Assembly: GCA_038153405.1 (NCBI GenBank)
Contig: JAYOYH010000063.1
Span: 1 to 15,907, forward strand
DNA: 15,907 nt
Source: Gemmatimonadota bacterium
GTDB taxonomy: Bacteria > Latescibacterota > UBA2968 > UBA8231
Direction: 5' to 3'
The position numbers were made by a program, and so were the translations under genes. Shown here in pieces: positions 8,643-13,859 of the stretch. The notes beneath the pieces are model-generated. The model was not told the DNA's origin. It saw only the letters and a list, made by a program, of their open reading frames with translations, and made no database searches. The stretch's first letter is position 1, and each line of letters begins with the position of its first letter.

Positions 8643-8674
8643 AAAAAATGGAAGGCCCGAGGACCTTCCATTTT
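8643..8674 (-). terminator. Rho-independent terminator, possibly bidirectional
   Basis: 11-bp inverted repeat AAAATGGAAGG (8645-8655) / CCTTCCATTTT (8664-8674) with an 8-nt loop. The minus-strand transcript ends in TTTTTT, about 20 nt after the stop at 8695. Confidence 0.85.
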
Positions 8675-8694
8675 CACTAAACCTTTTCAGTCAT

Positions 8695-9207
8695 CTATTC
8701 GACGCTCAGCTGGCTTACTTTATTTTGCGCTTTCGCCGCATAGGGCGACTGCGGAAATTCCTTGGCGACCTGCGAGTAATAATCGCGCGCCTGCGCCGGC
8801 TTGCCGAGCTTTTCGTAGCACTGGGCGACAAAAAACTTTTGCTTGGGCGCATTGGCCGATTTGGGATCCTTGCTCAATGCATCCTGCAGCGTGCTGATGG
8901 CCTTCAGCAACTTGTCCTGGGACGGTGCGCGCTTGCCGCCTTTGTAATAGAGTTTGGCGAGGATATTGTCCTCAGCCTCGGCGCCGCGCACACCGGCCAC
9001 CGTGACCGTTTCCTGCAGCTTGAACTCCTCTTCCTTGACCATGTCGTCGACCTGAGTCCAAACCGTATTGAGCCAATCCTCATCGCCTCCGGCCGCCGCT
9101 GCATCTGCGGCTTCGGCGGGTTGAGCTTCGGCCTCGCCCTGCTGTGCAGCGACGGGGGCTGCACCCAATAGGGCAATGAGCAAATAAAAAAACTTGGCAT
9201 TCTTCAT
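8695..9207 (-). CDS. Small secreted protein with a C-terminal TPR pair (170 aa)
   Basis: RBS AAGGAGGT ahead of ATG 9207, a Sec signal peptide MKNAKFFYLLIALLGAAPVAA, an acidic Ala-rich linker, a TVTVAGVRGAE motif, and TPR 'FFVAQCYEKLGKPAQARDYYSQVAKEFPQSPYA'. Confidence 0.88.
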   Translation of the reverse strand: MKNAKFFYLLIALLGAAPVAAQQGEAEAQPAEAADAAAAGGDEDWLNTVWTQVDDMVKEEEFKLQETVTVAGVRGAEAEDNILAKLYYKGGKRAPSQDKLLKAISTLQDALSKDPKSANAPKQKFFVAQCYEKLGKPAQARDYYSQVAKEFPQSPYAAKAQNKVSQLSVE

Positions 9208-9272
9208 CAGATTGCACCTCCTTTTCAAGGTGACGGGCTTTGTATCTAAATATCGGCGCACGTGCGCAAAAA

Positions 9273-9294
9273 ATACATGATCTACATCACACTA
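9273..9294 (-). promoter_or_regulatory. CRP/FNR-family-like operator
   Basis: Minus strand TAGTGTGATGTAGATCATGTAT matches the E. coli CRP consensus AAATGTGATCTAGATCACATTT at 16 of 22 positions, with one perfect TGTGA half-site. Confidence 0.55.
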
Positions 9295-9353
9295 GAACAC
9301 TTTTTCTAGCTATGCTATAGACGGCTATCTATACGGCAAAGTTCCTATCCTTC

Positions 9354-10380
9354 TTATTCCACTTCGTCTAGGAAGTTTAAAAAGCCCTGATAGCGCTCAT
9401 CGGATTCAACGACTTGGCGATAGATAACCTGCGCTTCGTTGCGGCGCCCCTGCAAATAGCGCACGATCGCCATATTGAGCAGCACGCCGGGGTGCGAGGG
9501 CATCAGGCGTTCTGCCTCTTCCAACAGCGCGTAAGCTTCTTCGTACTGGCCGCTATGGCAGAGGACTACGGCCTTGGCGTTGTAGGCATCGCCCAGCTGT
9601 GGGTCGGCGGCCAGCGCCTTGTCGAGGCGCTCTAGCGCGCGACTGTACTCTTCCTGCTGCATATAGGCCGAGGCGATGCGATAGAGTTCCTCAGCCGATT
9701 CGACCTCGGCGAGAAAGTCGAGCAAGCCGCCATAAGCATCGTCTTCGCTGATAATCTGCTGGTAGAGCGCGTCGGCGCGATCGCGATCGCCCTTCAAATA
9801 GTAGATTAGCGCAATGTTGAGGCGGAAACCCGTCTGGCCGGGATCGATTGAGGCCGCCTTCTCGTAGAGCGAGAGGGCTTCGTCGTACTGGCCCTTGTGC
9901 GTAAAGACCACGCCCTTGGCATTGTAGGCATCGGCAAACTGCTCGTCGGCATTGATGGCCTCTTCAAACTGGGCCATCGCTAGATCAAAGCGATTCTGGC
10001 GCAGATAGGCCGTGCCGATATCATAGGATTCCTGCGCATTGCCCACTTCGGCCAGAAAGTCGAAGAGTTCCATATAGGAACCGTCGCGTGCAACGACTTC
10101 CTGAAAAAGCCGGTCGTAGGTCTCGCGCTCACCCTTCAAGTAGTAAGTGAGGGCGATATTCATACGCACGCCGGTGTTGTCGTCAAACTGCAGCGCGCGG
10201 CGATAGTATTCGAGCGACTCGTCGTACTGACCCTTGTGAGTCAGGATAACGCCCAAGGCATTGAGCGCGTCAAAATTCTCGGGCTGCATGGCCAGCACGC
10301 GCTCGAACATCGAAAAGGCTTTTTCTAGGTGGTTGACGCGCAGATAGGCCGCGCCGGCATCGTAGAGCCCTTCGGGCGTG
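9354..10380 (-). repeat. Three tandem approx. 114-aa TPR super-repeats inside the CDS
   Basis: Each unit ends in (D/N)FL(A/D)EV. The terminal Val codons at 10044, 9702 and 9360 are exactly 342 nt apart, and the units share H(K/S)GQY(D/E)E and N(I/M)A..(Y)YL.G motifs. Confidence 0.85.
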
Positions 10381-12401
10381 TCGAGCGAGACCGACGAGCC
10401 CAGCGCAATCTGGTCGACGCGCTGGTCAAAGAAGGCGATGTCGCGATTGAGCAAGCTGTCCATCAGCGCCGACTCAGGCAGTGAGACGGTGCGCGGCGGC
10501 AGCGTAGCCGGCTTGTAGGTCTGGAACAGCTGCTGCACGTAAAGTTCCTCAATCAGCTTGCGCGGCTTGAGGCGCTTGTACTCGGCAGCGCCGTTGCGCC
10601 AGGCATCGGCGAACGTAAAGCCATACATCGTGGTCTCTACCGGAATCCACACGCGCCCCTGCCAGACCACATATTCAGCGGTCGACAGAAAGTGATCCTC
10701 GGCGCGGTCGGGCGAAATACCGCTATCGAACATCATGTAGATGTGGCCCTTACCCGGATCGTTGGCCTCGAGAAAAGCCGTATCGATACTCAGGTTTTCC
10801 AGCAGCGACGCAAAGAGCACCGTCAGGTCGTCACAGTCACCAATTTTCGTCTCGACCCCTTCGGGCTTTTCCAACAATTCGCTGGGATACTGAACTGTGT
10901 CGAAGATCGTCTTGTCGTCGGAGACGCTGGCAAAGGGCGTCTTCTGGTCGGCTTGGTAGCGAATGCGATAGGAACCCAGCGCATTGAAGAGGATTGTCGC
11001 CTTACCGATGTTGGAGCGGTTAAACTTCTCGGCCAGCAGGTCGTTATAGCGCTGCACGAGACCGCGCGCCAAGCTGGCCACCGACATGTCTTCCGGAGTG
11101 ACAAAGGCGGCGGCCATGCCCTTTACGTTCCAACTCAGCTTGCCCTTGCCGGCTACGTAGATGCGCTCGAGCTGCTTTTCGGCAAACTGATCTTGGCGGT
11201 TGCGCTGATAGTCGACGCGCACGATCGGCGTTACAAAGTTGTCGTAATAGGCCTCATCTCTATTAAACAAATCGGTATCAAACGTCACCTTAAAGGTGTA
11301 TTTCTCGTTGCTCTGCGGCGGCAGCGTAACCTGTTCACGGTGCGGCACGCTCATCACCTTGGGCAAGAACAGCGAGACGCTCGCCTCAATCGCTTCGGTC
11401 GCCGAATTGGAAATAACGACGTCGAAAAAGTCGTTTTCCTGATAGTGCGGATAGAGCGAGCGGAAAACCGGATTGGGGCGAATCAGCGCGTCCTTGATAT
11501 TGATTACGCGCGGATTGTAGGCCAGCGCAATCGACGTATAGTGCGTCGGCGCTAAAACGGGGTGGCGCTCGTAGGCGTAATCGATCTGCGCAAAACGGTA
11601 CTTGAGCCCGATGCCAAAGGTGGTCGTCGTAGCATCGGCGAGGGACTCGGGCGTGTCGCGCTCGGTTGCCACGCCGGCGCGCAGCGCCAGCAGACCGCGC
11701 AACCAGTATTCGGCTCCTAGGTGAAACGAATCGTCTATATCTGCGCCGATGGTCAGTCCCTCAACCGGTCGGTGAGCGATGCCAAAACGATAGCGCGTAT
11801 CGTACACCGGCTCCGACACGCCGCTCTCGTACTGCAGGTTGGTGCCGCCCAGATCCTGCGCGACCAACGCCAGGCGAATGCCGAAGGGCAGAGGAACGAG
11901 CAGGCCTACATCAAAACCCCAGCCCGAGGCGCTGCCCAAGCTATTGCCGTCTAGATCGACGCTAAACGAGCGATACTTGCCGCTCACGCCAATGGCCGTA
12001 TTGCCGATGAGGGGACGCAGGCGCTGAATGCCATTGCGATAGCCGTAGGCAAAGGCCAGTTTGTTTTGAGCGGTGTTGAGTTCGGAATCGTCAAAGCCAA
12101 GATAGAGCCAGTCGACGCCAATGGCGTGCTGGTCGCCAACCGGCAGCACGTAGTTCAAGTAGGAATGATTGAGCCCCAGACCGTAGCGGTCGGCATAGGT
12201 CAGACCAATTTCCTGTCGCTGCAGCGACGCCAGCGCGGCCGGATTCCAGTGGGCAGCGCTCGCATCGGAGGCTACTGCACTGAAGGCCCCGCCCATGCCA
12301 ATGGCCCGCACGCCCACCATCTCCTGACGCGGCGCGGCCAGTGTCGCCTGGGCGGCGATTAGCGCGATGCCCATGATTGCTATTGCACTCCGATAGTTCA
12401 C
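9354..12401 (-). CDS. PorV/PorQ-like outer membrane beta-barrel fused to a beta-rich linker domain, a transglutaminase-like domain and TPR repeats
   Basis: GTG start overlapping the upstream TGA; signal peptide; GVRAIGMGGAFSAVASDASAAHWNPAAL (PorV/FadL-family N-terminus); amphipathic strands to about aa 295; motifs GDCDDL, GHIY and WIPVETT; about nine TPRs at the C-terminus. Confidence 0.85.
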   Translation of the reverse strand: MNYRSAIAIMGIALIAAQATLAAPRQEMVGVRAIGMGGAFSAVASDASAAHWNPAALASLQRQEIGLTYADRYGLGLNHSYLNYVLPVGDQHAIGVDWLYLGFDDSELNTAQNKLAFAYGYRNGIQRLRPLIGNTAIGVSGKYRSFSVDLDGNSLGSASGWGFDVGLLVPLPFGIRLALVAQDLGGTNLQYESGVSEPVYDTRYRFGIAHRPVEGLTIGADIDDSFHLGAEYWLRGLLALRAGVATERDTPESLADATTTTFGIGLKYRFAQIDYAYERHPVLAPTHYTSIALAYNPRVINIKDALIRPNPVFRSLYPHYQENDFFDVVISNSATEAIEASVSLFLPKVMSVPHREQVTLPPQSNEKYTFKVTFDTDLFNRDEAYYDNFVTPIVRVDYQRNRQDQFAEKQLERIYVAGKGKLSWNVKGMAAAFVTPEDMSVASLARGLVQRYNDLLAEKFNRSNIGKATILFNALGSYRIRYQADQKTPFASVSDDKTIFDTVQYPSELLEKPEGVETKIGDCDDLTVLFASLLENLSIDTAFLEANDPGKGHIYMMFDSGISPDRAEDHFLSTAEYVVWQGRVWIPVETTMYGFTFADAWRNGAAEYKRLKPRKLIEELYVQQLFQTYKPATLPPRTVSLPESALMDSLLNRDIAFFDQRVDQIALGSSVSLDTPEGLYDAGAAYLRVNHLEKAFSMFERVLAMQPENFDALNALGVILTHKGQYDESLEYYRRALQFDDNTGVRMNIALTYYLKGERETYDRLFQEVVARDGSYMELFDFLAEVGNAQESYDIGTAYLRQNRFDLAMAQFEEAINADEQFADAYNAKGVVFTHKGQYDEALSLYEKAASIDPGQTGFRLNIALIYYLKGDRDRADALYQQIISEDDAYGGLLDFLAEVESAEELYRIASAYMQQEEYSRALERLDKALAADPQLGDAYNAKAVVLCHSGQYEEAYALLEEAERLMPSHPGVLLNMAIVRYLQGRRNEAQVIYRQVVESDERYQGFLNFLDEVE

Positions 12402-13858
12402 GGTTCCACCACCGTTTCCTGGTCGCCGCCCTGCAGTCCGGTGAGGTTTACGAAAGAAGTCGAGCCGGGAAAGCGCACTTCGAGGCGGTAGTCCGATCCA
12501 CCTAACACGCCAAACGAAAGGCCCGCGGCATCGGTCACATAGCGGAAGCCCACAAGGCGATCGCCGGCGTCAAATAGGCTCACGCTGGCCCCCAAGCCCG
12601 TTGCATTGGCCCCGCCCTGCTGACCGCCCTTGCCCAGCACCTGCACTTTGATAAAGCTGCTGCCCGGCGTCTCGTTCTGGAAGAGCAGATTGCCGCTGCC
12701 AAAGCCATCGGTCATGTAGAGATCGGGCGCGCCGTTACCGTCGTAATCGCCCCAGCGAGCGGCAAAGTGGACGCTGCCGCCCGTGGGCAAGTTGGCAAAC
12801 GCCGTAACGTTGTCGAAGGTGCCGTCGTTGTTGTTGGCATAGAGAATGTCGCGCTGAAACTGTCGATCGCTGCCGGTGGCCAAGTACAGGTCGAGAAAAC
12901 CATCGCCGTCGTAGTCAGCCCAGTCGGCCATCGAAGTAAACCAACCGGCATTATCTATGCGCACGCCGGCCACATCGGCCACATCGACAAAGGCGTTTCC
13001 CCCGTCGTTTTCATAGAGCGCATTGGCGCCGATATTGGCCACGTAGAGGTCGAGGTCGCCGTCGTTGTCGTAGTCACCCCAGGCGCCGTTGAGCCCGATT
13101 TCGTTGTTGGCCACACCGAGCGCAGCCGACACCTCTGAAAAGGAACCATCGGAATTTAAATCGTTGCGGTAAAACTGATTTTCCTGCTCGCGATTGACAG
13201 TGTACAGGTCGGGGTCGCCGTCGCCGTCGTAATCGGCCCACAGCACGGCGTTGGTGTCGCGGCCATCGGCCACGTCGAGGTCGGTCACCGGGGTAAACGT
13301 GCCGTCCCCGTTGTTATTGTATAGCTCATTGGCGAAGTAGAACTTACCCAAATAAAAGTCGACGTAGCCATCGCCGTTATAATCGCCCCATCCCACGGAT
13401 GTGACGTTGCCGCGGCGCTCCAAGTTGACCAGACCGCGACTGCGTCCCACCTCGATAAAAGTGCCGTCGCCCTGGTTTTGGTAAAGAAAGTCTTGGGCGT
13501 AAAAATCGGCAATGTAGAGATCGAGATCGCCGTCGTTGTCGTAGTCGGCAAAGGCCGCCGCTACGCTGTTGCCGTTATTGGCCACCCCGGCCGCGGCCGC
13601 CGCATCGACAAAAGACCCATCGCCCTGGTTTTGAAAGAGCGCGTTGATCGGGTTAGTAACCGCCGTGCCCCAGTTGGTCGTATAGAGGTCGAGATCGCCG
13701 TCCCCATCGTAGTCGCCCCAGGCCAAATTCGTACTAAACAGCCCGGCGTTGAGCGTGCCGCTAACGCCCGACAGGTTCTGGAAGGTCTGCGCAGCAACGG
13801 AGCCGCTCAAGAGGATTGAGGTCAGCGCGGCGCTGAGTATGTAGGTTCGCAAGCGCAT
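12398..13858 (-). CDS. Secreted FG-GAP/VCBS-repeat beta-propeller protein (CRTAC1/ASPIC-UnbV-like)
   Basis: Signal peptide ending VAA-Q; seven (W/F)(G/A)DY(D/N)xxGxxD(L/F)Y Ca-binding repeats, most followed by N.GDG(T/S)F-type turns; a short ASPIC/UnbV-like C-terminal domain (GLGASVSL...FGV...EVRFP). Confidence 0.9.
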   Translation of the reverse strand: MRLRTYILSAALTSILLSGSVAAQTFQNLSGVSGTLNAGLFSTNLAWGDYDGDGDLDLYTTNWGTAVTNPINALFQNQGDGSFVDAAAAAGVANNGNSVAAAFADYDNDGDLDLYIADFYAQDFLYQNQGDGTFIEVGRSRGLVNLERRGNVTSVGWGDYNGDGYVDFYLGKFYFANELYNNNGDGTFTPVTDLDVADGRDTNAVLWADYDGDGDPDLYTVNREQENQFYRNDLNSDGSFSEVSAALGVANNEIGLNGAWGDYDNDGDLDLYVANIGANALYENDGGNAFVDVADVAGVRIDNAGWFTSMADWADYDGDGFLDLYLATGSDRQFQRDILYANNNDGTFDNVTAFANLPTGGSVHFAARWGDYDGNGAPDLYMTDGFGSGNLLFQNETPGSSFIKVQVLGKGGQQGGANATGLGASVSLFDAGDRLVGFRYVTDAAGLSFGVLGGSDYRLEVRFPGSTSFVNLTGLQGGDQETVVEP

Positions 13859-13859
13859 A

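Noticed and set aside
9208..9261. Longer 188-aa start for the small TPR protein
   Set aside because: The strong RBS and clean signal peptide support ATG 9207; the extension overlaps the putative promoter.
12700..13720. Recurring GTCGCCGTCG/GTAGTC-type DNA repeats resembling an array
   Set aside because: They are codons of the FG-GAP DxDGDxD repeats: in frame, degenerate, and without CRISPR repeat-spacer structure or cas genes.
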